Part shown: in pieces, positions 17,802 to 28,633 of the stretch
Layout of the letters: each line of letters starts with the position of its first letter
How positions within the stretch are numbered: the stretch's first letter is position 1
DNA from: a virus
Taxonomy: Duplodnaviria; Heunggongvirae; Uroviricota; Caudoviricetes
Length of the DNA: 64,000 nt
Strand: one strand, 5' to 3'
Virus record (IMG/VR): IMGVR_UViG_3300048930_000283
Position numbers and translations under genes: made by a program
Notes under the pieces: generated by a model
What the model was told of the DNA's origin: nothing
Seen by the model: the letters and a program-made list of their open reading frames with translations, nothing else
Database searches by the model: none

Positions 17802-18914
17802 TTAATTAATTAAGGAACCAACAATTGATCCAGTAACCAAAAAAACAACATTGCTATTGCCATTAACAGCAGGACCATAATTGCCATTAGCTCCTGAGGA
17901 ACCTGCTGCACCAGCTGGCCCGCCGGCACCTCCAGATGATGCCCCACCAATTGAGTTGCTCTCTGATGTATTGTATCCAAAGGCAACTCCTGCCGACGAT
18001 GCATTACCTCCTTGGCCTGGATTCCCTGAATATCCTGCAGGCCCAGCGCTGCCTGCATTCCCACCATTCCCTCCGGCGCCACCGGTGGCACCTATACCAC
18101 TATCAGAAGCAGATGCACCAAAACCACCAGTGCCACCAGTGCCACTAGAGTTATTTCCTCCAGCTGTTGAAGATGATGTGCTTGATGGGGTAAATGGCGT
18201 GCTAGTGGATAGGGGTCGATACGCAGTCCACCCACCAGCACTCCCGCCATTTCCAGTCCACTGCGCACCGCCGCCGCCACCTCCTCCACCACCATCGGCA
18301 GATATCCAAGTATCATCAGATGACCTCCATGCTGTTTCTCTAGGACCGCTGGCACCGCCACCACCGCCACCGCCACCACCGCCACCACCGGCGCCTCCAA
18401 CACCACCAGTGCCGACAGTTGACCCCCTCGAAATTGTGCCGTTATTTATTATGGTAACAACCCGTGATGGCTGACTAACAACATAGATACCCGGGCCGGT
18501 GTCGCCGCCTGTGCCTCCATTAGATCCGGCTCCACCTGTATTCCCAGTACCACCATTTGCTCCTGCTGTTCCATTAGGGTAACTAGCCCCAGTAGATGCA
18601 CCTCCATTACCCCCTGACCCCAAACCGCCGGTGGCTCCGTTACTTCCACTGGATCCATTAGATCCATTTCCCCCCAGTAGTGTACTGTTGTTTACTATCG
18701 CAATATGTGTGCCTGCACCCCACGAGGATCCAACATACAATGAATATCCTCCAGGGTATGCGGTTGATCCTGTAATCGAAGCATTTATTTCTGCTATACA
18801 AACAATCGGACGATTACTTGGACTCCCTGCGGTTGCGTATAAATCTAACCCTGAGGTTTGGGGTGAAGATACTTGTACTACCTTAGTCTCCAATGGTAGG
18901 GGAGCTAACATCAT
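17802..18914 (-). CDS. Glycine-rich virion/fibre-like protein (370 aa) with G(N/S/T/A)G collagen-like repeats and poly-Gly tracts (G12, G13).
   Basis: Long GGNGSNGSSGSNGATGGLGSGGNGGASTG-type repeats. It lies in the structural module in the wac/gp12 region. All overlapping alternative-frame ORFs here are compositional artefacts. Confidence 0.65.
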   Translation of the reverse strand: MMLAPLPLETKVVQVSSPQTSGLDLYATAGSPSNRPIVCIAEINASITGSTAYPGGYSLYVGSSWGAGTHIAIVNNSTLLGGNGSNGSSGSNGATGGLGSGGNGGASTGASYPNGTAGANGGTGNTGGAGSNGGTGGDTGPGIYVVSQPSRVVTIINNGTISRGSTVGTGGVGGAGGGGGGGGGGGGASGPRETAWRSSDDTWISADGGGGGGGGGAQWTGNGGSAGGWTAYRPLSTSTPFTPSSTSSSTAGGNNSSGTGGTGGFGASASDSGIGATGGAGGNGGNAGSAGPAGYSGNPGQGGNASSAGVAFGYNTSESNSIGGASSGGAGGPAGAAGSSGANGNYGPAVNGNSNVVFLVTGSIVGSLIN

Positions 18915-18916
18915 AG

Positions 18917-19282
18917 TTAAGCAACTCCTCTAAGATATGATCCATATAAGTAACTGCCATCACAAATAAAAGAAAGTATATCCAATGAGTTCGCCACAGT
19001 TGATAGGACTGGTGTTGAACCTGCAGGCCACTTAAAATCTGACCCCCAAGTGACAGTTCTACTACCGGTGGCATCTTGTCGTAGAAGTAATATGTGAGTA
19101 CCCACTGTTCTATACTTAATACTAGGTAGCAATATTATACTAGATACGTTCCCTTTAAGGGTTAACTCAGTTACATTCCCTGCAGCTAAATCCCATCTAA
19201 GAATTGAACTATAAGTCAGTTCATTCTTAACAGGAAACACCCCTAAACTTTTTCCTCCTCCAGGAAAAATCCCATTATTCAT
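18917..19282 (-). CDS. Hypothetical structural protein (121 aa).
   Basis: Tightly packed in the baseplate/fibre block. Beta-rich. Confidence 0.5.
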   Translation of the reverse strand: MNNGIFPGGGKSLGVFPVKNELTYSSILRWDLAAGNVTELTLKGNVSSIILLPSIKYRTVGTHILLLRQDATGSRTVTWGSDFKWPAGSTPVLSTVANSLDILSFICDGSYLYGSYLRGVA

Positions 19283-19285
19283 ATG

Positions 19286-19669
19286 TTATAGGTCCCCTGC
19301 ACGAGTAACCAATATATTAAACGTTTCTGCGTTATGTGTAGCTGCTCTAAGAGACCATCCAGTTTTTAGTACTAGAGCAAGATTCTCCATATATACACTC
19401 CATACATCTACTGTAGTGCTGGGTGTCTTAGCAGTAACCAAAACCTCTCTCCATAGGCGATGATTTGTGCCATCTGACACAAATAACCTAATTACACCTG
19501 CTGTAGTAGTGCCAGCAGCAACAATAGCAATATCATCTATTCGTGTTCCATTCGCTGCAGATGACAAGATCGTAACTAAGGTACCTGTTCCGTCCCTATT
19601 GGTATTAGCTACAGTTAATTGTCCTTGCGCTGGCGCAGGTACTGATGCATAACTTGCGGTTGAAGACAT
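19286..19669 (-). CDS. Hypothetical structural protein (127 aa).
   Basis: Same operon. T/S/A/V-rich beta composition. Confidence 0.5.
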   Translation of the reverse strand: MSSTASYASVPAPAQGQLTVANTNRDGTGTLVTILSSAANGTRIDDIAIVAAGTTTAGVIRLFVSDGTNHRLWREVLVTAKTPSTTVDVWSVYMENLALVLKTGWSLRAATHNAETFNILVTRAGDL

Positions 19670-19670
19670 A

Positions 19671-20417
19671 TTATATTACTCCTAATGTTTGATAAACAAA
19701 TGATTCTGTTGTTCCTGATGATGCTGCTGGTGGTTCATATGAATAAGACACTATTTTCCATCCCTGTGTTCCGTCAATATATTCAAACTTTATTGCAGTG
19801 TCTTTTCGGTTTAATGTATAATCTGCTGCTGTGTTCATTATATTACTGCCATTCCTACCGACAGTTAAGTTGTAGGTAGCAAATGTCCTGGCAGCATCTA
19901 ACACCCAAACATAATCTTTTGCTGATGGTGTTGCTGGAAGAGTCACCTCAAATCCCCCTGCACTAGTATCACATAGCAAATAATCACCTGTTACTGCAGT
20001 ATACCCACTAGACTTAGCAGACCATGAGTACGTGACTACGGTTGTTACCTTAGGTATAATCTCAGTAGTTATATCACCATTACCATCTTTGGTATAACGA
20101 ACCAAATCACCTGCAGAACAAGTATAATTTTGATTATTCGGTAATGGGTGATTGGTTGCATGATGTACTAGTGGCCATGCACCCACAGCAATACACTGAT
20201 GTACTTGACCTATATTTAATGTCACCGAAGACGTTGGTGTGGTTCCTGTAACTCGAGTAATATTACCATCTAAAACAGAAAAATCAAGTGATGCTGCACT
20301 AGCAACATCGGCAGTCACACCAAAGGTTGTTTGTCCCTCGACAGTTAGGTTAGTAACAGATAATTCTATTACATCGAGGTTTTGAGTTGATTTAGGTGCT
20401 AATAATCTAAATGCCAT
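19671..20417 (-). CDS. Hypothetical structural (fibre/baseplate) protein (248 aa).
   Basis: Same operon. Confidence 0.5.
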   Translation of the reverse strand: MAFRLLAPKSTQNLDVIELSVTNLTVEGQTTFGVTADVASAASLDFSVLDGNITRVTGTTPTSSVTLNIGQVHQCIAVGAWPLVHHATNHPLPNNQNYTCSAGDLVRYTKDGNGDITTEIIPKVTTVVTYSWSAKSSGYTAVTGDYLLCDTSAGGFEVTLPATPSAKDYVWVLDAARTFATYNLTVGRNGSNIMNTAADYTLNRKDTAIKFEYIDGTQGWKIVSYSYEPPAASSGTTESFVYQTLGVI

Positions 20418-20418
20418 A

Positions 20419-20754
20419 TCATGATAACTCTAAAAGAGACAAAACAACATCGCAAGTATGAAGTGCATTATCAGTTTTGACCTGAATTTCATCTCCAGTC
20501 ACAAGAACAATTTTTTGCTCTCCACCAACTGCAACCAACGTATCACCCACATTAAGTGTGGTTCCTTTAACTATATACGTATTATTTGCCCCATCATAAA
20601 CAGAAACATCTACCGCAATAGCCGTTGAATATGTGTTTGCAATAGTCAAACCTATTAATGTAGATGACGTTGATGCAGGCACTGTATATGCCCCCACGCT
20701 GGTCCATGAGTTGGTAATACTTCTTGAAAGCTTTCGTGTAAAAACCTCTGCCAT
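20419..20754 (-). CDS. Hypothetical structural protein (111 aa).
   Basis: Same operon. Confidence 0.5.
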   Translation of the reverse strand: MAEVFTRKLSRSITNSWTSVGAYTVPASTSSTLIGLTIANTYSTAIAVDVSVYDGANNTYIVKGTTLNVGDTLVAVGGEQKIVLVTGDEIQVKTDNALHTCDVVLSLLELS

Positions 20755-20758
20755 ATTA

Positions 20759-20968
20759 TTATCCTAATGCTATAGCCATAGCGTATAGAGATCCTTTGTT
20801 AACTACTCGTGTTGAAATCTCATCTAACGCTTCAATGACTGTGGTTGGTTGTGGGCCTGATGGAGGAGTGTACATACTAGCCATGTCTCCGATAGCTGAA
20901 GATATGTCGTTTGTTTTGACACGCCACTCCTCAAATGTGTTACCTACAGTTACATTTATGACCGACAT
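20759..20968 (-). CDS. Hypothetical protein (69 aa).
   Basis: Same operon. Confidence 0.4.
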   Translation of the reverse strand: MSVINVTVGNTFEEWRVKTNDISSAIGDMASMYTPPSGPQPTTVIEALDEISTRVVNKGSLYAMAIALG

Positions 20969-20969
20969 C

Positions 20970-21176
20970 TTATTTCTCCAGTAGTTTTACTAGCATATCC
21001 TTAATGTTAGATATATCATTATTTATATTAGATATTTTCATCTCCAATTCACGTACCCTATCTGCATCTTGTTTTCTTCTTATTCTCATCAATTTATACG
21101 ACTCTCCATCATGCTCATTAGTATTTCTAAACACTCCAGGCGACACCTTTTCTATATTAGGTAAGTCAGTTTTCAT
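20970..21176 (-). CDS. Small coiled-coil protein (68 aa).
   Basis: Heptad-like C-terminus (RVRELEMKISNINNDISNIKDMLVKLLEK). The stop/start overlaps its neighbour. Confidence 0.4.
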   Translation of the reverse strand: MKTDLPNIEKVSPGVFRNTNEHDGESYKLMRIRRKQDADRVRELEMKISNINNDISNIKDMLVKLLEK

Positions 21177-22906
21177 ACCAGCGCTATAGCCCTAAAATCC
21201 TTGAGTCTAGGAACCAAAGCTGCATTGGTGGACCTAAACACAACCTTAACTTGAAACGTGTTAAATGCGCCTATATCTATATCATATTTTTGGTCTAAAA
21301 ACTCAGCGCTATTTAAATTTTTTCGATATGTGGTTGGTACATTAACCCAAGGATATTCTCTTATACCTTTGACACTATTTTTAACCGTTGCTCGATAATA
21401 TAGATCTATTTCTGCAGTTAAAGGAATATTTGCAGCAAACATAACTCTTAGAGATGATGAGATAGTCTCTAAATCGACAGGAATAGTTATGTACTTTGCC
21501 GCCGCTGAACCTGCATCTGGAGAAATTTCATCAATATATCCATTCTTCTGTACTATAGTAGTGGATGTGCTAAGGGTTTCATTAACAACAGTTGTGTTTA
21601 AATATACCTTATGCGTAGTGGTACTAAAATCAACATCAATAACCATAACCCCATCAGCAGTAGTATTGTTACTAGAGGATCCTGTTATGACAACATATGC
21701 CCCAGTCTTAAATCGCTGCAAGTCTACTGTAGCGGATGATATTGAATTATCAGTTGAAGAGAAGGATAATCCTGTACTAGCACTGAAAATTGTTTCGTTG
21801 TCTATTGCACTTAGGTTATCTGTCACCTGTGGGTTATTTATTCTATTACCAACAAAAACCATACCTAAAGATTCAACATCAACTTTAGGTGTTAGGTGGT
21901 TGATGTTTGACCAGATACCCAATTGAAATGCTAATGTGTCATCACCACTAAGAAGATTTGTTCTGTTTATATCAGAGTGAATGAATTTATTTTCGGATAC
22001 ACTAGTATCCCTATCAGAATCAAACTGAACAAATTTGGTATCTAGGCTAGTCGAATTTGCGGTTTTTAGCGCAGTTGAGAATTCAGTATTGGGATCTGCC
22101 TCAATATCTGTAGCTAAGGAAAATGTGTCATATCTAACGTCTTGCGTAGCATACACTACGTTTCCTCCCACTAAGTCAGTGGATGCAGCAGGTGAGGGCA
22201 ATTCAACCACATATGTATCAGGATGGAATGAATACATAACTTCAAATGTATCATTAAGATCTGCATAGGTTGACCCACTAAACGTAACGAACATACCAGC
22301 AACCTTACCATGATTCGGGTGATATACCCTGACTAACGTCTCTGCGTTAGTAATCTTAAACGGGTTACTGCCAAGAAGCACCGTAGGTAATGACGGAATT
22401 ACATAAAAGATGCCCGAGCCTGCAGTACCAGCAGAATACACTGCACGGTTGACCCTGAATGTTAGGTCCTCATCTGGAGTCTCAACCCAAAAACCATTGG
22501 ACATCTTATACAACACACCAGAATATGGTTGCTTAGATACTGTCTTAGATTTGTTTGTTATGTCAACCTCACCCACTTTAGCAGTCCATAAAACATATTT
22601 ACTTGAGGTCGAATGCAGTACTATTGCATATGTCTTCTGTGGTGCCAAAAACAATGGGGTTGCAAATAAGATATTTGTCTCTAAGAGTTTAGTTGTTGAG
22701 TGAGCAATCCCCTCATTATTAACAGTCACTGTCCCTAATACCTCATCAGTGGGAACACCCTTATCTGTTTCCACCACAGAGATCAATACTGGCTTGTTAT
22801 CTGTGGCATCGACCGACTTGAAAAACAAATCTATACTCGATAGATACATTCCATATTCAAACTCAGATGGCACAAAAAAAGTTTGTGCTATAGCATTCTT
22901 AATCAT
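21173..22906 (-). CDS. Large structural protein (577 aa), baseplate/fibre module.
   Basis: Position. S/T/N-rich beta composition. Confidence 0.6.
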   Translation of the reverse strand: MIKNAIAQTFFVPSEFEYGMYLSSIDLFFKSVDATDNKPVLISVVETDKGVPTDEVLGTVTVNNEGIAHSTTKLLETNILFATPLFLAPQKTYAIVLHSTSSKYVLWTAKVGEVDITNKSKTVSKQPYSGVLYKMSNGFWVETPDEDLTFRVNRAVYSAGTAGSGIFYVIPSLPTVLLGSNPFKITNAETLVRVYHPNHGKVAGMFVTFSGSTYADLNDTFEVMYSFHPDTYVVELPSPAASTDLVGGNVVYATQDVRYDTFSLATDIEADPNTEFSTALKTANSTSLDTKFVQFDSDRDTSVSENKFIHSDINRTNLLSGDDTLAFQLGIWSNINHLTPKVDVESLGMVFVGNRINNPQVTDNLSAIDNETIFSASTGLSFSSTDNSISSATVDLQRFKTGAYVVITGSSSNNTTADGVMVIDVDFSTTTHKVYLNTTVVNETLSTSTTIVQKNGYIDEISPDAGSAAAKYITIPVDLETISSSLRVMFAANIPLTAEIDLYYRATVKNSVKGIREYPWVNVPTTYRKNLNSAEFLDQKYDIDIGAFNTFQVKVVFRSTNAALVPRLKDFRAIALV

Positions 22907-22918
22907 GTTTGTTTCCTG

Positions 22919-25900
22919 TTATAAACTAGCTAAATATGCTGTTGGGTCTTCAGCGAATAATGCCCAATCTGTACTCGTCGGTGACTTCCTAGCTAAATGA
23001 TATGTGGTTCCACTAGAGGACTTCCACCAGAACGGCGTCTGTTTTCCTGAATTCGCACTGGCTAATATTGCATCGCCAGTCATTGAAACTGCAGGAACAC
23101 TATACACGGTAGTATATATTGTACTATCAACTGGAGCACCTGCATATTTAACTGGTGCCGGGGTTTGAGTTAGTGTAGTCAATTGTGTCAAATATTCCGG
23201 AGACAAGTATGCTGCCCCACTATTGGTCATCACACTACCAATACCTATATAAGTTGTTGTTGCGGTAACATTACCAGAAGATGCCACAACTGAATATGAT
23301 GACTTAAACGGAACTGATGGTGTCACAAATGACCCATAAAAACACCCAGTACTGTCAGTAACCATACCTGGATTGGTATCTACTGATGTTATTGTGGCTG
23401 AACCCGATCCTACCCACCCTTGGCCAGGAGTTAGTGTCCCTTTCACATTAACCACCTTTTTAACTGGGTAACCCATACCATCGGTTGAGTTTCCCACGTG
23501 CAAAGCAGATCCTGTATTTGTCACCATTGCATCACCAATATAAATGGTGTTTGTTCCTGCGTCCCTGGCGGTTAAAAAGTCAACCTTTGTTGTTTGAACT
23601 ACATCACCAGATAATACATAACCAGTACCAGATACTATTGAAGTTATAGACGCAGCTGGAGTGACGGATAAGGAAGCTCCGTCAAAAGTAAACGAAATTG
23701 GAGACTTTGGTGGCATCCCAGTAACAGTAACAACGATTGTCTTTTGGGATAACATTACATTATTAAGATTAACATTGTCCCAAATCTTATATGACGTAGG
23801 GTCTGGATTATACCAAGTCTCTCTAGCAGGGTACAGGGAAACAGTACCACTATACTTAGGGTTCGACACTGGTGAAATCGACACACCCCCAGATGGCGGG
23901 GTGTAAACCATAGACGAACTAGGAGCTGGGGGTGGAACATATGTGGATGCTAAACTTTGGTCAATAGCAACTTGAGATGTATATGGTAGGGTAATCACTG
24001 TTCCTATCATTGAGTAGTTACTTGCAGCACGTATAGATTCTGTAGTATCTTCCTTTTCATTCAATCTAACGTGCTTCATATAAAACGTAGGTCTAACTTC
24101 GTTCTCAGTAGGGTCGATCACACATTGGTTATCTGGATTTGTGGTGTCAATTACATCATAGTTTTTGAACTGATCTACCATAAACCCATTTTTATAACGA
24201 TCCAGCCCATACTGATCTACTATCTTCATAATTGCAGTATCGTTTTCTAGTGCAGTTAAGGCAACGAACTCTTCTACGTTAGTCAATCTTTTGTCTATCT
24301 GACCTATGCTACTCATGGTATATCTCTTATGCTCTTCGACATCAATATCAATTGAAGTAATGACGTTAGCTCTGTATCCAGCAGGAACATTGACGGTAGC
24401 TATTAGTAGATCAGTTACATTTGATGACTTAGTTGCAACAGGATATGTTGAGGGTGTTCCTTCAATTGCCTTAAATTGTTTATTAGTAGATAGGTATATA
24501 GTATCAACCCTAGGTAGATAATAAGAGCAATCCATGGTTAACACTTCATCCGATACAAGAGGTTCAGATATTGAGGCACCTGACCCACTAAACCCAATAC
24601 CAGAGTCACTCATCCTAGACCTGAAATCTAAGCAATCACCCAAGAACATGCCATTATGGTATGGTATATACGCATGAGGAACAGTTGAATATGAGTCAAT
24701 TGAGAAGTAATCACCATCACTATGGTCAAAATACTCAAAAGTAACCTTTATTGCTCTTTTTAGTTCAGGGTATCCTATTTTCTTTGTTATAGAGCCAATA
24801 GAATATACTTCGGGTTTTATACCATCATGCATATCAAACCAATCAGTAACATCTACCTCATTGGTTGCATTATATGCTCCTGTAGAACCAGACATAGTAA
24901 TTTTACATATTCGCAAAACATCTGCTTCAGTCAATGATATTGATTTATGTGTATAGTTTGAGGCAGTTGTAATCGGACTTCCGCCGTCGGTTGTTATTTG
25001 AGTATCTGTAACTATTATGGTTTTGGTAGAAAGTGTTTTTATTTTCTCCTTAGCAGTAACATCTGCACGTCTTATTTTAGCTAAGAGTGTAAAATCTGCC
25101 GCTGTTATCCCTGATATAGTTAATTGAGTTGCTGTTATGTCAAGAGCATACCCTGCATTTATGTGAGCGTTGTCAGATCTCACTAAGATGTGACCTGATG
25201 GTTCAAATGTCTCTCCCTGTGACGACAGGTTATATACGTAGCTAGTACCTGATGATGTAAATGAGAGACTCTTCATAATAATATATGAGGTGTCAAATGA
25301 CCCATCATCTGCCCGAATGGTTTTTATTGCATCAAAAGGCAACTTAATCACATATTCGCCTAGATTAACTAAGTCGCTTATAACCAAGTCACAAAATGTA
25401 TCGGCAACAGTTGATGAAAAATTGCTTGAAGCTTCAAACGCAAAGTCACTTGTGATTGATGACACTACTTTCTCCTGTCCATCAATCACAATAACCATAC
25501 CAACCTCTAATTCTTCGTCAAAGTTTGTCCCTTTACCAGTAACAGTGGCATCACCATTAGCTATTGATACAGAACCACTCAATCTCTTAGTCGATTGCAC
25601 AATATCACAACTAAACGATGAACCGATAACAACCTTATTTGCGTTGTATTTAAACGTCTTGCCGGTATTCATTTTTATCCCGACTAGAAAAAGCTTATAC
25701 GTAGCGGTTGCAGTACCAGGAGTTCCTGAAACAAATTCAACACTTCTAACATAAGCAGAACCAACTGTGGTATTAGCAACATCCTTCAGGCTGCATTCCT
25801 CATAAGTTGATATGTCAGGAACCCCTGATATGTTATCAACCACCACATATGTTCCTGTTGGAGCATACACCTGAAACTCATTAACAGATTCAGTGGTTAG

Positions 25901-27172
25901 TGCCTTTGATACTGGGATTTTTGTGTGTTCGGGGACACTAACCTCAAAACCCCTAATATATGCTTTACCATTGGATATGTCATAGATAAACTTATCTCTT
26001 GCTGTTTCTTGATCTTTAGTGGTTTCAGTTGATGATACAGTGTAAAACCCATTGGTTAGGTAAGGTGAGTTTATTTGTTGCCAGAATATACCACCGTCAG
26101 TTGCCTTACCATACGAATGTGTTGGTTGTGTTGCACCAGACACACCATTGGTTTTTGCATAGTAATACAACTCTGCCCCACTGCCATCAGATACCACAAC
26201 ATCACCTTGTAGGTAAGTTGTGTTTTCTGTCCACTCTCCTCGATAGTTATCTCGGTAATCTCTGGTGGTTACATCAAACGGATTGATTATATAGTCACCA
26301 GATTCATCATATGTTCTTCTTGCAAGCATTTTTTCAATTTCACTATACTCAGTTACAGTTGATGTTCGCTGAATATTACCATTAACAATTTTCATTATTT
26401 CTATGAAAGTCTCATCGGTAAGCTGTGTCAAATCATCCTCAGAAGATAACTCAAGACCAATTTGCAACCTATGTGCTCCCGGAGCTGCATAGTTATTAAA
26501 CCCTAATGCATTATCATACAATGTAGAATCATCTTCTTCAGTTATTACGTCCTCAACAACTTTTAATCCAATGTAGGTTGTTGGCTGTGCTGAGTATTTT
26601 GATACCACAATTGATTGCGGATGAACATAAACAAAATGTCCGTTTATATAATACACCCCAGCCTCAACACTAAATATGCTGCCTAACCCAGTATAGGTTG
26701 TGGTGTTATCTATTTGAAACAATATGCCAGATGACGACTCTATCACCTCATTTTTTTCAAACAGCATAGTGGTTGCAGAACCAGACTCATACTGAATGAA
26801 TATAGTAGGAGGGTCGTTACTTGAACTTTTCGAGGACTCTATAACCGTTGCAACTACACCATTGGTTTGACCAGTTATAGTTTCACCAACAACATCATCC
26901 AAGTATGAATCTGCATACTCATCATTGTAAGTTGGTTTTAGCTTTATATAGGTCACTTCGTTGTCAAAGTGGACGTTGCCCGGGATAACTGAAGTACCAT
27001 TTCTAAAGAAGTGATCAGAGTTCTTCTTTATTTGATCCTGAAGAATGCTCTGCAGTTGGGTTAGTTCCCTTGCTTGTACTGGATATCCCGGGCGAAACAA
27101 GATCCTTTGGTAATTCTTTTTGTCATCAAAGTCGTCAAAATATGGTGTTACGTTTAATGATTTTAGTGGCAT
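22919..27172 (-). CDS. Giant virion structural protein (1417 aa), probably a baseplate/fibre component.
   Basis: Uninterrupted 4.25-kb ORF in the structural block. No catalytic motif recognised. Confidence 0.65.
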   Translation of the reverse strand: MPLKSLNVTPYFDDFDDKKNYQRILFRPGYPVQARELTQLQSILQDQIKKNSDHFFRNGTSVIPGNVHFDNEVTYIKLKPTYNDEYADSYLDDVVGETITGQTNGVVATVIESSKSSSNDPPTIFIQYESGSATTMLFEKNEVIESSSGILFQIDNTTTYTGLGSIFSVEAGVYYINGHFVYVHPQSIVVSKYSAQPTTYIGLKVVEDVITEEDDSTLYDNALGFNNYAAPGAHRLQIGLELSSEDDLTQLTDETFIEIMKIVNGNIQRTSTVTEYSEIEKMLARRTYDESGDYIINPFDVTTRDYRDNYRGEWTENTTYLQGDVVVSDGSGAELYYYAKTNGVSGATQPTHSYGKATDGGIFWQQINSPYLTNGFYTVSSTETTKDQETARDKFIYDISNGKAYIRGFEVSVPEHTKIPVSKALTTESVNEFQVYAPTGTYVVVDNISGVPDISTYEECSLKDVANTTVGSAYVRSVEFVSGTPGTATATYKLFLVGIKMNTGKTFKYNANKVVIGSSFSCDIVQSTKRLSGSVSIANGDATVTGKGTNFDEELEVGMVIVIDGQEKVVSSITSDFAFEASSNFSSTVADTFCDLVISDLVNLGEYVIKLPFDAIKTIRADDGSFDTSYIIMKSLSFTSSGTSYVYNLSSQGETFEPSGHILVRSDNAHINAGYALDITATQLTISGITAADFTLLAKIRRADVTAKEKIKTLSTKTIIVTDTQITTDGGSPITTASNYTHKSISLTEADVLRICKITMSGSTGAYNATNEVDVTDWFDMHDGIKPEVYSIGSITKKIGYPELKRAIKVTFEYFDHSDGDYFSIDSYSTVPHAYIPYHNGMFLGDCLDFRSRMSDSGIGFSGSGASISEPLVSDEVLTMDCSYYLPRVDTIYLSTNKQFKAIEGTPSTYPVATKSSNVTDLLIATVNVPAGYRANVITSIDIDVEEHKRYTMSSIGQIDKRLTNVEEFVALTALENDTAIMKIVDQYGLDRYKNGFMVDQFKNYDVIDTTNPDNQCVIDPTENEVRPTFYMKHVRLNEKEDTTESIRAASNYSMIGTVITLPYTSQVAIDQSLASTYVPPPAPSSSMVYTPPSGGVSISPVSNPKYSGTVSLYPARETWYNPDPTSYKIWDNVNLNNVMLSQKTIVVTVTGMPPKSPISFTFDGASLSVTPAASITSIVSGTGYVLSGDVVQTTKVDFLTARDAGTNTIYIGDAMVTNTGSALHVGNSTDGMGYPVKKVVNVKGTLTPGQGWVGSGSATITSVDTNPGMVTDSTGCFYGSFVTPSVPFKSSYSVVASSGNVTATTTYIGIGSVMTNSGAAYLSPEYLTQLTTLTQTPAPVKYAGAPVDSTIYTTVYSVPAVSMTGDAILASANSGKQTPFWWKSSSGTTYHLARKSPTSTDWALFAEDPTAYLASL

Positions 27173-27175
27173 GGT

Positions 27176-28627
27176 TTACATCTCAATGATTATTTTAATC
27201 GTTTCGATCTGAGAATCAGATCGAGCTATTGGCCTTCTATATTCACTGTATATTATCATTCCACTCCTATGGCTAACCTCTGGTGGAGTAACCGAAAGAA
27301 TGGTGCCAGTGCCAGTGCCAGGGTCAATTGTTACTGTTTGTCCTGGAGCGAAACTATTGTTTGCCCCAAGTTGTCCTGAGTTTTCATTGTTGGTACGAAT
27401 TACTCGCATAGTTGATGAGGTTGCATCCCAATCAACCAATCTTCCTTTAATATTTCCAGTTGCGGACACCACAGTATCATCATTAAAAGTACCAGATTCC
27501 CCTGTTAGTGTTATACTATATGTACTATCCAAAGTGTTTGCTGTTGCTACAGTAGTGGTTCCATAATTACATGGATTTGATATTAGCAAAATTTTCCTGT
27601 AATCGTTTAAAACCGTAAAATCTCCTCCCTCATCTCCATCTAGCTCAACACTAAATATTAAAAAGAAAGCGTTCAGGTCTCTGACAGGATCAACTCCTAG
27701 TTTATTTGTTATTATTGGATAGAATGTTGCACCTGTACCACCAATTGCCTGAACTGTAGCAAAGGTATACCCAGTGCCAGGGTTTGTGACATCTATACTA
27801 GATATTACACCACCTGCCGTATAAGTTACTGTGCATTGCAATCCTGTACCGTTTCCTATTATTGTTAAATGGGTGTCGGTTTCTGCATCAGTAACGTTGT
27901 GTGTTCCTGCTGATCCAGAATTATACCCAGAACCACCACTTGTCACCATGATGTTATAGATTCCGTTTGTATATGTACTAGACGTTTGTTGATCTTCCCA
28001 TTGTCCATAGTAGTGATCACCACCACCAGGAGCTGTTGTTAGGGTTAGCACGGGTAGGTAATCTGCCGTCATAAAGGCAGATTGATTAGTAGGGGAACAT
28101 CTGGCAATTCGTTTCCACAAATATCCATCAGATGTTTGTATAACGCCAGTCGCACCTACTGGAGTACCAAGCTCTGGACTTTGCACAGAATCCTGAATCA
28201 CCCCGGCTACGGTTCCTTGTTTAAGGCAAACATAGACGTCATAACTAGAATTTACTACGTACCACTTAGCATCACTAAGGTTACTTGGGTATGCAACAGA
28301 GGGATTATCACCAGTATATACCGAGGAAACACTACCGTTCCAATCATGCCTATAAATGTCATATTTAGTATTGGCTTGCCACATCTCCTTATATACTGCA
28401 TGAGATATTCCTGTTGGATATACTCTCTTTAAGGACATCATGTCTTCCCAGTCCTGAACCAATGAGGATTCAGTATCATACGGAACTGGAATGACTGAGT
28501 CAGAAGATGTGCCAAGGTCCCAAAAATAAGGTCGGCCGATCCCCAAATACAGTGAGTTTGTTGATAGTGAGTCTATCAGATTTTTGGCGTTAAAAAACCT
28601 AAATCGTTCTTTTATAGTAGCAGTCAT
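27176..28627 (-). CDS. Baseplate-associated structural protein (483 aa; gp8 position) containing GGSGY/G[ST]GY repeat modules.
   Basis: Shares GGSGYNSGS and NPGTGYTF-type modules with the adjacent 1334-aa protein. Lies in the gp8 position. Confidence 0.6.
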   Translation of the reverse strand: MTATIKERFRFFNAKNLIDSLSTNSLYLGIGRPYFWDLGTSSDSVIPVPYDTESSLVQDWEDMMSLKRVYPTGISHAVYKEMWQANTKYDIYRHDWNGSVSSVYTGDNPSVAYPSNLSDAKWYVVNSSYDVYVCLKQGTVAGVIQDSVQSPELGTPVGATGVIQTSDGYLWKRIARCSPTNQSAFMTADYLPVLTLTTAPGGGDHYYGQWEDQQTSSTYTNGIYNIMVTSGGSGYNSGSAGTHNVTDAETDTHLTIIGNGTGLQCTVTYTAGGVISSIDVTNPGTGYTFATVQAIGGTGATFYPIITNKLGVDPVRDLNAFFLIFSVELDGDEGGDFTVLNDYRKILLISNPCNYGTTTVATANTLDSTYSITLTGESGTFNDDTVVSATGNIKGRLVDWDATSSTMRVIRTNNENSGQLGANNSFAPGQTVTIDPGTGTGTILSVTPPEVSHRSGMIIYSEYRRPIARSDSQIETIKIIIEM

Positions 28628-28633
28628 ATTAAT

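Noticed and set aside
17881-18474. 197-aa Pro-rich plus-strand ORF, and several other 60-100-aa ORFs on both strands between 17810 and 18933
   Set aside because: They lie entirely inside the Gly-rich (GGN-repeat) structural gene. GGN read in other frames or on the antisense strand gives Pro/Ala/His-rich open frames, so these are compositional artefacts.
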